DNA from: Bacillota bacterium
Lineage (GTDB): Bacteria; Bacillota; Clostridia; Acetivibrionales; DSM-1351
Assembly (NCBI GenBank): GCA_023393115.1
Contig: JAEWMS010000066.1
Coordinates: forward strand, 48,369-112,368
Length of the DNA stretch: 64,000 nucleotides
Direction of reading: 5' to 3'
The notes beneath the pieces are model-generated. The model made no database searches and was not told the origin of the DNA. It saw only the letters and a list, made by a program, of their open reading frames with translations. A program made the translations under genes and the position numbers. This document shows, in pieces, positions 32,998 through 41,922 of this stretch (positions within the stretch are counted from its first letter, which is position 1; each line of letters begins with the position of its first letter).

Positions 32998-33984
32998 ATG
33001 ATAAATGGATATGAGAGTCTGGAGCTTTCAACACAGATATTAATTGAGGAAGCACTAAAAAGAGGTATAGAGATGGAGGTATTGGATTGGAATGATAACT
33101 TCATCCGGTTGAAAAAGAAAGATAGGGTAGAATATATAAAGCAAGCCACAAAAACATCGTCAGATACCTATATTGCGCCTCTTATAATGGAGAATAAAGA
33201 GGTTACAAAGTATATATTGAGAGAAAATGGCATCAATGTTCCCAAAGGCATTTCAGTAAAATCATCAGATGAGGCTTTACTAAATTTTAGTACTTTTAGA
33301 GAAAGGGATTTGGTTGTAAAGCCCAAATCAACCAATTTCGGCAAGGGTGTAGTAATTCTTAAGCAACTGGTATCCCCCGATGATTTGAAGAATGCGGTAA
33401 AGTTTGCATTGGAATATGATGATACAGTAATGATCGAAGATTTTATTGAAGGTATGGAATACAGGTTTTTGGTAATTGATAATGAAGTTCCTGCTATACT
33501 ACATCGAGTTCCTGCAAATATTACCGGAGACGGTGAGCAAACCATAGAGCAGCTGGTGTTCGAAAAAAACAAGAACCCCTTAAGAGGTGAGGGCTACAAA
33601 ACTCCACTTGAAAAGATAAGCCTCGGTTATATAGAAAAGGATTATCTTGCACTTCAGGGTAAAGATTTTTCATACGTTCCCAAAAGAGATGAGACGGTAT
33701 TCCTTAGAGAAAACTCTAATATCAGTACCGGAGGGGACAGTATTGACTTCACAGATGAAGTATCAGGAGACTACAAGAAACTAGCCATTGAAGCTGCAAA
33801 AGCTGTCGGAGCTAAAATATGCGGAGCAGATATTATAATCAAAAATATAAAGGAACCTCCGAATTCTAGTAATTACAGCGTTATTGAGTTGAATTTCAAT
33901 CCGGCTCTTCATATTCACAACTTTCCCTATAAGGGTGAAAACAGGCATGTAGAAAAACATGTATTAAAGCTTCTAGGCTTTTAG
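32998..33984 (+). CDS. ATP-grasp glutathione synthetase (C-terminal half of GshF/GshAB type)
   Basis: LELSTQILI, ENKEVTK, KPKSTNFGKG, NSNISTGGDSID, IELNFNP. Confidence 0.88.
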   Translation: MINGYESLELSTQILIEEALKRGIEMEVLDWNDNFIRLKKKDRVEYIKQATKTSSDTYIAPLIMENKEVTKYILRENGINVPKGISVKSSDEALLNFSTFRERDLVVKPKSTNFGKGVVILKQLVSPDDLKNAVKFALEYDDTVMIEDFIEGMEYRFLVIDNEVPAILHRVPANITGDGEQTIEQLVFEKNKNPLRGEGYKTPLEKISLGYIEKDYLALQGKDFSYVPKRDETVFLRENSNISTGGDSIDFTDEVSGDYKKLAIEAAKAVGAKICGADIIIKNIKEPPNSSNYSVIELNFNPALHIHNFPYKGENRHVEKHVLKLLGF

Positions 33985-34092
33985 AATTTTGCTAATAGCA
34001 TTTTAAAAGGGAAAATAACTTGTAGATGACATGAATCAGCCTATATAGGAATAAAATATATTGATATCTAAGCGCACTATGAGGGGCTTCGA

Positions 34093-34515
34093 ATGATCAA
34101 TATATTTTTATCGTGCAGCAGTAAGGATCATGATTACATCAAAACAGTAATCGATAATTTGACAGAATTACCTGATAAATATAGCTTGATATACTTCATG
34201 CAGCCTTATAATGTGGATACATCTATGGAACTCATACTTCATCGGTTAAATGAAGCAGACCTATTTATTGTATTTGTATCAAACAATTCTCTTGAAAGTG
34301 CTTTTGTGCAGGAAGAAATAAGAGAAGCTGTAAGACTATCCAAGCTGGGAGTGATAAAAGGATTTTGCTCCATTATAATTGAACCTGAGATCCAGGTGGC
34401 TCAGGATTACAGAATTCCTGAGTACATTTTAAGCAGTAGAATGTTTTATACCCATTCTCCCTATTTGGCAATAGAGCAGATAAAGGACTTTATTTTTAGT
34501 TTTAAAGGAGATTAG
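34093..34515 (+). CDS. Stand-alone TIR-domain protein
   Basis: IFLSCSSKD, ADLFIVFVSNNSLESAFVQEEI with Glu at the catalytic position. Confidence 0.75.
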   Translation: MINIFLSCSSKDHDYIKTVIDNLTELPDKYSLIYFMQPYNVDTSMELILHRLNEADLFIVFVSNNSLESAFVQEEIREAVRLSKLGVIKGFCSIIIEPEIQVAQDYRIPEYILSSRMFYTHSPYLAIEQIKDFIFSFKGD

Positions 34516-34516
34516 T

Positions 34517-34957
34517 ATGGATAATGTCAGCGGTATAGATGCTGAAAATTACCTGGACAGTTATCTGGCCTATTACGATGAGAAGTCTATAAAGAATAAG
34601 AAGCGATATACCTGTCTGGTTTTGCTGGACATAATAATCTCAGCAATGATTCCCTTTGCTACATTATTTATTGATATCTTTGGTGCCGCAAAGTACATAG
34701 TGGCACTGATGGGGTCATGCATAACCATAGTTACAGCTTTAAATACCACATTTGGCTACCACAAATTGTGGATAGAATATCGTACCGTAGCCGAAGCATT
34801 AAAACATCAAAAGGATCTATATATTAATAACTGTAATCCCTATAATGATGACAACAAAAAAGAACTTTTGCTATTCATAGTAAATTCCATTCTGGAGAAG
34901 GAAAACAGGAACTGGAAGAGCATTGAATTAAGTCTGGTTAAGTCGGTTAAGTCCTGA
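34517..34957 (+). CDS. SLATT/DUF4231-like two-TM protein
   Basis: YYDEKSIKNKKRY, two TM helices, WIEYRTVAEALKHQKDLY, ILEKENRNW. Confidence 0.8.
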   Translation: MDNVSGIDAENYLDSYLAYYDEKSIKNKKRYTCLVLLDIIISAMIPFATLFIDIFGAAKYIVALMGSCITIVTALNTTFGYHKLWIEYRTVAEALKHQKDLYINNCNPYNDDNKKELLLFIVNSILEKENRNWKSIELSLVKSVKS

Positions 34958-35027
34958 ATATGCATAGCGGCAAAAGCTCAGATTAGTAAGATTCAATAAA
35001 TTATATAATTTTATACCTATATTTGTT

Positions 35028-35306
35028 CTATATATTTATTGGAGAATAGGTTTTGAAGAATATTTCTCTTTTACAGGGATACCTTTCCCCGTTAATACCT
35101 GTTATTATATAATCGCCTTTATTAATGTAGTGCTTTCCTTCAAGCGTGACAATAAAAGGTACTTTTTCGGACTCAATAGGGTTTTGATAATTTGTAGTAT
35201 CAAGCCCTGCTCTGGCAGCGGTATCAAGATCGTCAAAGCCATCTTCCAAACCTTCCTTGTATTCAATTGCTTCAATAGGTATCGGATTTTTTATATATTT
35301 TGCCAC
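35028..35306 (-). CDS. Small phage-type protein (PGDYG-like family)
   Basis: GTG start after GAGGAGG; KYIKNPIPIEA...TLEG...GDYIITGINGERYPCKREIFFKTY. Confidence 0.7.
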   Translation of the reverse strand: MAKYIKNPIPIEAIEYKEGLEDGFDDLDTAARAGLDTTNYQNPIESEKVPFIVTLEGKHYINKGDYIITGINGERYPCKREIFFKTYSPINI

Positions 35307-35406
35307 AGTTAAGCCTCCTCATTTTATATTATAGGACAAGGTTGTTTAATTTATTCAAATATCAATGTATCAATACATAGTATGAGGAGTACCTGCACAT
35401 TGCTAT

Positions 35407-35436
35407 TGACAATGTATGGAAATGTGATTTATACTA
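35407..35436 (+). promoter_or_regulatory. SigA promoter of the rsgA-paralog operon
   Basis: TTGACA ... TATACT with 17-18 bp spacing. Confidence 0.7.
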
Positions 35437-35477
35437 TTAAATGTATAAATATTATTAACAGAAAGGAGTTGTTGTAA

Positions 35478-35516
35478 ATGTCATTAAGGTTAATTGTTGA
35501 GGTGGCTCTTTGCTAA
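35478..35516 (+). CDS. Putative 12-aa leader peptide MSLRLIVEVALC
   Basis: Strong AAAGGAG RBS at 35462, short ORF ahead of two terminators. Confidence 0.55.
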   Translation: MSLRLIVEVALC

Positions 35517-35616
35517 TTTAATAATGGCTCGGTTCATAGGATTTTTTTGTCCTCGTTGTTCCGGTGCAGCTTCTTTCGAGCAACTGAATTGTGAATGCAA
35601 ATACTGGAGTAATTTT

Positions 35617-35696
35617 GCACGCAAAGGTAGCGTGTTTTTTTATTGCCTTTTTTTGTTAAAGATTCCGCAGGTGGTCGCTATCTGCGGAATCTTTTT
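35617..35696 (+). terminator. Two tandem intrinsic terminators in the 5' leader (attenuator)
   Basis: gcacgc-aaaggta-gcgtgt+T run (35617-35641); aaagattccgcag...ctgcggaatcttttt (35658-35696). Confidence 0.7.
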
Positions 35697-35835
35697 ATCT
35701 ATTTCGTCTACAATATTCATTTGATATATGAAAGATTTTGAGATTAGGAAAGTAATTTTGCTCGATGTGGAATGATAATTAGCAGAGAGAAAAAGTAGGC
35801 ATTGCCATAAGGCACGATGAAATTAGGAGGTTAAT

Positions 35836-35985
35836 ATGGTTAAAAAGAAGAGTACTGTCGATTATATGAAGGAAATACGCGGAAGCTGGGTCATAAATCC
35901 CAGAACAAGAGTTCAGGAGAACAGCTTGAAAAACAAAAAGAAACGAAGACAGGAAGAAAAGAAATTTATAAAGGATGATTATTGA
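35836..35985 (+). CDS. 49-aa basic small protein absent from the ORF track
   Basis: AGGAGG RBS; MVKKKSTVDYMKEIRGSWVINPRTRVQENSLKNKKKRRQEEKKFIKDDY*; TGATG overlap with rsgA. Confidence 0.75.
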   Translation: MVKKKSTVDYMKEIRGSWVINPRTRVQENSLKNKKKRRQEEKKFIKDDY

Positions 35986-37037
35986 TGAATATAAAAGATT
36001 ACGGATGGAATGAATTTTATCAAAATGAATGGATCAGCAAGGCTGCACCAGGCATGTATCCCGGGCGTATAACTGCTGATTTCGGGCAACAACTTAAGGT
36101 TGTAACCGACCAGGGCGAGTGTATGGTCAACAGGCCCATACAGAAGGATGATGGCAGCGTCCAGCTGGCTGTTGGTGATTGGGTTGCCCTGGAAACAATA
36201 CCGGGAGCTGATACTTTTATCAGATTTGTTCTCACAAGAAGAACAAAATTCTCAAGAGCTGCTGCAGGTATCAAGGTCAAGGAACAAATTGTGGCAGCCA
36301 ACGCGGATACTGTTTTTCTGATTCAATCTCTGAATAAGGATTTTAACATGAAGAGATTGGAACGGTATTTGATTGCTGCATGGGACAGCGGTGCTGTGCC
36401 TGTAGTTATACTGACAAAGGCAGACTGTTGTGAGAATGTGGCTGAAAAAATGAGTTTGGTATATGGCACAGCTCCAGGTGTAGAGGTTTATGCAATAAGC
36501 TCAGTGACCGGTCAGGGTCTTGAGGAAGTCCGCAAATATCTCCAGCCCGGAAAAACAGTTGCATTGCTTGGTTCCTCGGGCGTAGGCAAGTCTACCCTGG
36601 TAAATACTCTGGCCGGGGATGAAATATTAAAAACCCAGTCAATACGTGAGGACGACAGCAGGGGTAGACATACAACAACTCACAGAGAGCTTGTCCTTCT
36701 TCCTGGCGGAGGACTTATCCTTGACACTCCGGGAATGAGAACACTATCCATTTGGGATACAGATGCAGGAATGGAAATAATGTTTGGAGACATAGAAGAA
36801 CTCATTTCTCAGTGTCGTTTTCATGATTGCAAGCATCAAACTGAGCCCGGCTGTGCTGTAAGAGAAGCTCTTGAAACAGAAAAAATTGAAAAGCAGAGAT
36901 GGGATAGCTGGCTGAAATTGCAAAAGGAGATTGCTCATATGGAAGCAAAGAAGGAAGGCAAGCTCAAGCTTCAGGAAAAGCAGTGGGGGCGACAGATTGC
37001 AAAGTTTCAGAAAGAGTTTTCAAAAGGGAGGTTTTAA
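35985..37037 (+). CDS. rsgA: Ribosome small subunit-dependent GTPase A (long paralog)
   Basis: AVGDWV, TKAD, GSSGVGKST, GRHTTT, DTPG, CRFHDCKHQTEPGC. Confidence 0.92.
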   Translation: MNIKDYGWNEFYQNEWISKAAPGMYPGRITADFGQQLKVVTDQGECMVNRPIQKDDGSVQLAVGDWVALETIPGADTFIRFVLTRRTKFSRAAAGIKVKEQIVAANADTVFLIQSLNKDFNMKRLERYLIAAWDSGAVPVVILTKADCCENVAEKMSLVYGTAPGVEVYAISSVTGQGLEEVRKYLQPGKTVALLGSSGVGKSTLVNTLAGDEILKTQSIREDDSRGRHTTTHRELVLLPGGGLILDTPGMRTLSIWDTDAGMEIMFGDIEELISQCRFHDCKHQTEPGCAVREALETEKIEKQRWDSWLKLQKEIAHMEAKKEGKLKLQEKQWGRQIAKFQKEFSKGRF

Positions 37038-37040
37038 CAT

Positions 37041-38027
37041 ATGGAAATAAAAATTAGAAGTGAAAAAACAGCAGATTACACAAGTATAGCAAATGTTACA
37101 TACGAGGCATTTTTAGGGTGGCATCCGGATAATCAATATGTATCAGAGCCTGTTCTTGTTGACCTACTAAGACATAATTCATGCTTTAATCCAGAATTAT
37201 CGCTGGTGGCTGAAATAGACAATATAATTGTAGGTCACGCTTTGTTTTCACCATATAAGTTTATTGTCCAGGGCAGTGAAACTATGGGAGCAGTCCTTGC
37301 TCCAATAGCTGTACTTCCCGAATATCAGGGAAAAGGCATAGGAGAAAAGCTGATAGAGGAAGGCCATCATAGATTAAAGGAATTAGGATACACTTTTTCT
37401 TTGTTATGCGGACATGATACTTACTATCCGCGTTTTGGATATAAGACTAAAATGTTCTCGGAAAGCGGTACATCATTGAATTTTAACCATGAAGAATTTG
37501 ACTGCCGACAATACAGCCTCAGGCCTGTTTTCCAGAAGGACCTTCCATGGTTAATAAAAATGTGGTATGCACGACATAAAGCGGACCCTCTTGCGCTATT
37601 TCCGGGAGAGAATATCAGCGAATGGCACAATCATGGTATTGGAGCACGTGCCTCAATCTTTGTTAAAGATAATAAAAACATAGGATACATTAGATATGAC
37701 AATAGCAACTTCCGCGTAAAAGAACTACTGGCTGATGACCAGTACATGTGTGAGATACTAAAATATCTGTCAGCCATAAAGTACGGCAAATCCAAGGGAG
37801 AGATAAATACACTATTGTCCTACGATTGTCTGTATCCCTTAATTAAGAATGAAGAAAATATTGATTTAAGCGATAAGAGCACAGCGTACACGGCATTTAT
37901 GATAAAGGTTCTTCAAAAGGATACCTTAATAGAGGATTACTGTGAAAAGGTGGAAAAGGAAGCTGTAAAACCTGGTATCGTTGTGTTCCCGCCTGTGTTT
38001 GATATTGAAGATGGGAGAGTTGATTAA
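37041..38027 (+). CDS. GNAT-family N-acetyltransferase
   Basis: LAPIAVLPEYQGKGIG, GHDTYYPRFGY. Confidence 0.85.
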   Translation: MEIKIRSEKTADYTSIANVTYEAFLGWHPDNQYVSEPVLVDLLRHNSCFNPELSLVAEIDNIIVGHALFSPYKFIVQGSETMGAVLAPIAVLPEYQGKGIGEKLIEEGHHRLKELGYTFSLLCGHDTYYPRFGYKTKMFSESGTSLNFNHEEFDCRQYSLRPVFQKDLPWLIKMWYARHKADPLALFPGENISEWHNHGIGARASIFVKDNKNIGYIRYDNSNFRVKELLADDQYMCEILKYLSAIKYGKSKGEINTLLSYDCLYPLIKNEENIDLSDKSTAYTAFMIKVLQKDTLIEDYCEKVEKEAVKPGIVVFPPVFDIEDGRVD

Positions 38028-38890
38028 TGATTTCAAATATAGAATTATTAGATGCAATAAAAAAATACACATATAAACCAGAACCTTTCAGTCCTGGTGA
38101 AAAACACTTCTGGGATGACCCACATATTTCAAAAAGCATGCTGGAAGCCCACTTAAACCAGCAGCATGATGCGGCTAGCCGGAAAATATCCACCATTGAC
38201 CAAACTGTTGAACACCTGATAAACACTGGTGTACTAAAGCCCGGCATGAAGCTTCTTGATCTTGGATGCGGCCCGGGATTATATTCACAAAGGTTTGCAG
38301 TAGCAGGTTTGGAGGTTGTTGGACTGGATATATCAGAAAATTCAATTGAATATGCAAAAGCTTCAGCTGACAAAGCAAAACTTCCTGTTGAATTTAGATG
38401 TATGAATTTTTTCGACATGGAATATGAAGATGAATTTGATGCTATAATCCAGGTGTATGGCGAGCTTAATACTTTTTTCGACACCTCACTGGAAAAGCTG
38501 CTTTTATGTATAAGAAAGGCGTTAAAGGATGATGGAGTATTTATTTTCGATGTTTCAACCCGTAAGCTGAGAATGAGGGATAAAACTCAGAATAACTGGT
38601 ATTATAGTTATGGTGGTTTTTGGAGACCAAACGGGCATCTTGTCCTCGAAATGGGTTTTGATTACCCTGAACAGGACTTATGGCTGGATCAATACATAAT
38701 TGTTGATGAAAGTGGTGTTAAGATATACAGGAACTGGTTTCATGACTACACCCTTGACACAATAACGGATGTACTAAATAAAAATGGATTTATAGTCCAA
38801 GAAGTATGGGATGACCTTACCGGCAGCAAATATAGCGAGGATGGGGACTGGATTGCAATAGTCGCCTCTCTTGGAGCAGAGTTGAAATAA
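38027..38890 (+). CDS. Class I SAM-dependent methyltransferase
   Basis: LDLGCGPG, GLDIS, FDA. Confidence 0.88.
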   Translation: MISNIELLDAIKKYTYKPEPFSPGEKHFWDDPHISKSMLEAHLNQQHDAASRKISTIDQTVEHLINTGVLKPGMKLLDLGCGPGLYSQRFAVAGLEVVGLDISENSIEYAKASADKAKLPVEFRCMNFFDMEYEDEFDAIIQVYGELNTFFDTSLEKLLLCIRKALKDDGVFIFDVSTRKLRMRDKTQNNWYYSYGGFWRPNGHLVLEMGFDYPEQDLWLDQYIIVDESGVKIYRNWFHDYTLDTITDVLNKNGFIVQEVWDDLTGSKYSEDGDWIAIVASLGAELK

Positions 38891-38956
38891 TGTTATAATC
38901 AATTTTAATTACTTTTATGAGGATAGCATCAATCACAATTAGTTTGGAGGGCAATA

Positions 38957-39484
38957 ATGATATTATCAGGTAAAGAAATTCAAAACAGGCTGGGAAATGA
39001 TATTTTTATTGAACCGTTCAACCCGGGCCAATTGAATCCTAACAGCTATAATCTAAAACTATCTAACGAATTACTGGTGTATGAAGATGCATGTCTCGAT
39101 ATGAAGAAGGAACACAGGGTTAAAAAGCTTACAATCCCTGAAGAGGGGTTAATTCTGGAACCTAACAGACTGTATCTCGGCAGGACCAAGGAATATACAA
39201 GAACAGACAATCACGTGCCCATGCTTGAAGGCAGGTCTTCCATAGGGCGACTTGGACTATTCATTCATGTTACTGCAGGCTTTGGTGACGTCGGATTCTC
39301 AGGCTATTGGACTCTTGAAATACATTGTATTCAGCCTATTAGAATCTATTCTGATATTGATATATGTCAGATATACTATCATACTATTGAAGGTGATTAC
39401 GATAAGTACAATAGCGGAAAATATCAAAATAATACCGGCATTCAGCCAAGTTTATTGTACAAGGACTTTGAAAAAGTACTTTAG
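38957..39484 (+). CDS. dcd: dCTP deaminase
   Basis: NPNSYNL, GRSSIGRLG, AGFGDVGF, TLEI, ICQ, GKYQ. Confidence 0.92.
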   Translation: MILSGKEIQNRLGNDIFIEPFNPGQLNPNSYNLKLSNELLVYEDACLDMKKEHRVKKLTIPEEGLILEPNRLYLGRTKEYTRTDNHVPMLEGRSSIGRLGLFIHVTAGFGDVGFSGYWTLEIHCIQPIRIYSDIDICQIYYHTIEGDYDKYNSGKYQNNTGIQPSLLYKDFEKVL

Positions 39485-39524
39485 GACTTTGAAAAAGTAC
39501 TTTAGGACTTTGAAAAAGGACTTT
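39462..39524 (+). repeat. 21-bp tandem repeat (~3 copies) across the dcd stop codon
   Basis: aggactttgaaaaagtacttt at 39462 and 39483, near-identical third copy at 39504. Confidence 0.9.
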
Positions 39525-39607
39525 ATGGCTTTGAGAAACGTTGAGAAATTTAAAAACATCTTTACAATTCTTTAAGCTCTATGTTATAATATTCTGCGTG
39601 TGTAATA

Positions 39608-39652
39608 CGGATGGTCCTCTGCACAAGGTTTTATTAGATGCACGAACATCTA
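39608..39652 (+). promoter_or_regulatory. Ribosomal protein L19 leader (autoregulatory RNA)
   Basis: cggatggtcctctg...gaacatct directly upstream of rplS, after a TTTACA/TGTTATAAT promoter. Confidence 0.7.
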
Positions 39653-39674
39653 GGAGAGGAAGGAGGAAATAAAA

Positions 39675-40025
39675 ATGGATATATTGAAGTCAATTGAAAA
39701 TGAACAGATAAGAACTGACCTTCCTAAATTGGAAATTGGTGATTTTATTAAGGTTCATGCCAAGATTAAAGAAGGAACAAGGGAAAGAATCCAGGTATTC
39801 GAAGGTACTGTTATAGCTTTAAAAGGTTCCGGTTTAAAGGAAACTTTTACTGTAAGAAGAGTATCTTACGGTGTTGGTGTTGAAAGAATATTCCCTGTTA
39901 ACTCACCAAGAATCGATCATATCGATGTAGTTAGAAAAGGTGTTGTTAGAAGAGCTAAGCTTTACTATTTGCGTGATAGAGTTGGTAAGGCTGCAAAGAT
40001 TAAAGAAAGACTCGACACTAAATAA
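39675..40025 (+). CDS. rplS: 50S ribosomal protein L19
   Basis: [34 protein letters not shown]. Confidence 0.98.
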   Translation: MDILKSIENEQIRTDLPKLEIGDFIKVHAKIKEGTRERIQVFEGTVIALKGSGLKETFTVRRVSYGVGVERIFPVNSPRIDHIDVVRKGVVRRAKLYYLRDRVGKAAKIKERLDTK

Positions 40026-40056
40026 TTTTACGTGTTCTTTACGGACACACAACAGG

Positions 40057-40087
40057 AAACCTAGGGACGACAATTCCCTAGGTTTTT
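40057..40087 (+). terminator. rplS terminator
   Basis: aaacctaggga...tccctaggttttt. Confidence 0.8.
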
Positions 40088-40242
40088 AGTTTACTGTCAC
40101 TTTGAATTACTGATATGAAACCCGGAGTATAGCTATTGCTATTGCTGTTAAATAAATGTAATTTGTATAATCTGATGTTTTTTTATATAATAGAAACGAT
40201 TTGATTATTCAGATCTATTAAAGTCTATGAGGTGTTATACCA

Positions 40243-40917
40243 ATGGAAAATCAAAACTATGAGAATATTGAAGAAAAATTGAATATAGAAAATAAAGACA
40301 AGCCTTTATCTGATAAAAAAGCCAAGAAAAAGAATTCTCTTGCAAGAGAGGTTTTTGAATGGTTTCTTGTTATAGTGGCAGCAATTTTGATTTCAATGCT
40401 GATAAAGGCTTTTATTTTTTCTACCTACAAGGTTGACCAGGTCTCAATGGAAAATACTTTGATTGCAGGACATAATGTTATTGTCTACAAAACAGGCTAT
40501 TTTTTTGATGATCCTGAGCATGGTGACATTATAGTTTTTATGCATGAAGAAGGTCAATTCAAGAGTATTTTCAAATATCTGCCTATAAAAAATCCAGGTG
40601 AAGTGGACTATATAAAGAGAGTGATAGGACTTCCGGGAGATCAGATTGATATCAGAGAAGGATATGTTTATAGGAAAAACGCTGGAGAGTCTGAGTTTAC
40701 AAAGCTTGATGAGCCGTATATCAAATTACAGGGAGCAACAGAGTCACACGGTATGGAACTTCCTTTTACAGTACCTGAGGATAAAATATTTGTAATGGGT
40801 GATAATAGGGAAAAAAGTATGGACTCAAGACAGATTGGTCCAGTGGATATGGATGCTGTAATAGGACAAGCTGTACTCAGAATTTGGCCATTCTCTAAAT
40901 TCGGCGGTCTAAAATAA
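40243..40917 (+). CDS. lepB: Signal peptidase I
   Basis: SMENTL, YIKRVIGLPGD, GDNR..SMDSR. Confidence 0.93.
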   Translation: MENQNYENIEEKLNIENKDKPLSDKKAKKKNSLAREVFEWFLVIVAAILISMLIKAFIFSTYKVDQVSMENTLIAGHNVIVYKTGYFFDDPEHGDIIVFMHEEGQFKSIFKYLPIKNPGEVDYIKRVIGLPGDQIDIREGYVYRKNAGESEFTKLDEPYIKLQGATESHGMELPFTVPEDKIFVMGDNREKSMDSRQIGPVDMDAVIGQAVLRIWPFSKFGGLK

Positions 40918-40951
40918 AAATTATTTCATGTAGGATAAGAAGGAGAATTAA

Positions 40952-41866
40952 ATGAATATCCAATGGTTTCCGGGGCATATGGCAAAGACCAGAAGGCTTA
41001 TTGCCGAAAATCTAAAGCTGGTTGATGTTATAATTGAGCTGCTGGATGCAAGAATTCCTTTCAGTAGCAGAAACCCCGAGATAAATTCTTTGATAAATAA
41101 TAAACCCAGACTTATTGCCTTTAATAAATCCGATCTTGCTGATGAGCAGATATCAAGACAATGGGTTCAATGGTATGCTGAGCAGGGAATCAGATGTATT
41201 TTGATAAATTCAATTAATGGTAAAGGGCTTAATGAAGTTAAATCCAGGGCCAGAGAGCTTATGTCAGAGAAAATTGAAAGAGACAGGGCCAAGGGCAAGC
41301 TTTTTACACCTGTAAGAACTATGGTGGTTGGCATTCCCAATGTTGGCAAGTCATCCTTTATCAATAAAATTGTAGGAAAGGCAACAGCCGTAACAGGAGA
41401 CAGGCCCGGAGTTACAAGAGGAAAACAGTGGATTAGAATTAATTCCGAGATAGAATTACTGGATACCCCCGGTATTTTGTGGCCTAAGTTTGAAGATCAG
41501 GAAGTGGGCATGAATCTTGCTTTTACAGGAGCCATCAAAGACGACATAATGGATATCAGTGAAGTGGCCATGGAACTGCTTGTAAGGCTTTCAAGAACTT
41601 ATCCCAATGAATTGTGTACTCGATTCAAACTGGATAGGGACATATTAAAGGATATTGAGCCACTTGAGCTTTTGGAGACTGTAGCCAGAAAAAGAGGTTG
41701 TATTGTTTCAAAGGGTCAAATTGACTACTCCAGAATATCTGCTATTGTCCTTGATGAATTCCGGGGAGGAAAGATCGGAAGAATAACTCTTGAAAAGCCC
41801 GGGGACAGAGAGGAAACAGAAACATCCAAATCTGCTGGGAATAAAGACAGTCATGATGAACTATAA
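40952..41866 (+). CDS. rbgA: Ribosome biogenesis GTPase YlqF/RbgA
   Basis: IQWFPGHM, DARIP, NKSD, GIPNVGKS, DTPG. Confidence 0.96.
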   Translation: MNIQWFPGHMAKTRRLIAENLKLVDVIIELLDARIPFSSRNPEINSLINNKPRLIAFNKSDLADEQISRQWVQWYAEQGIRCILINSINGKGLNEVKSRARELMSEKIERDRAKGKLFTPVRTMVVGIPNVGKSSFINKIVGKATAVTGDRPGVTRGKQWIRINSEIELLDTPGILWPKFEDQEVGMNLAFTGAIKDDIMDISEVAMELLVRLSRTYPNELCTRFKLDRDILKDIEPLELLETVARKRGCIVSKGQIDYSRISAIVLDEFRGGKIGRITLEKPGDREETETSKSAGNKDSHDEL

Positions 41867-41912
41867 AAAAGCGACGGAGCCGATTTATGTAAAATCAGCT
41901 CCGTTTTATTTT
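41865..41912. terminator. Bidirectional terminator
   Basis: acggagc...gctccgt flanked by A and T runs between convergent genes. Confidence 0.65.
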
Positions 41913-41922
41913 GCATAATTTT

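Noticed and set aside
34093..35306. Prophage remnant
   Set aside because: No integrase, structural genes or att-like repeats visible
35494..35724. 76-aa ORF in the track
   Set aside because: Runs through two terminators and has no RBS; better explained as leader RNA
39462..39524. Possible CRISPR array
   Set aside because: Head-to-tail repeats with no spacers and no cas genes
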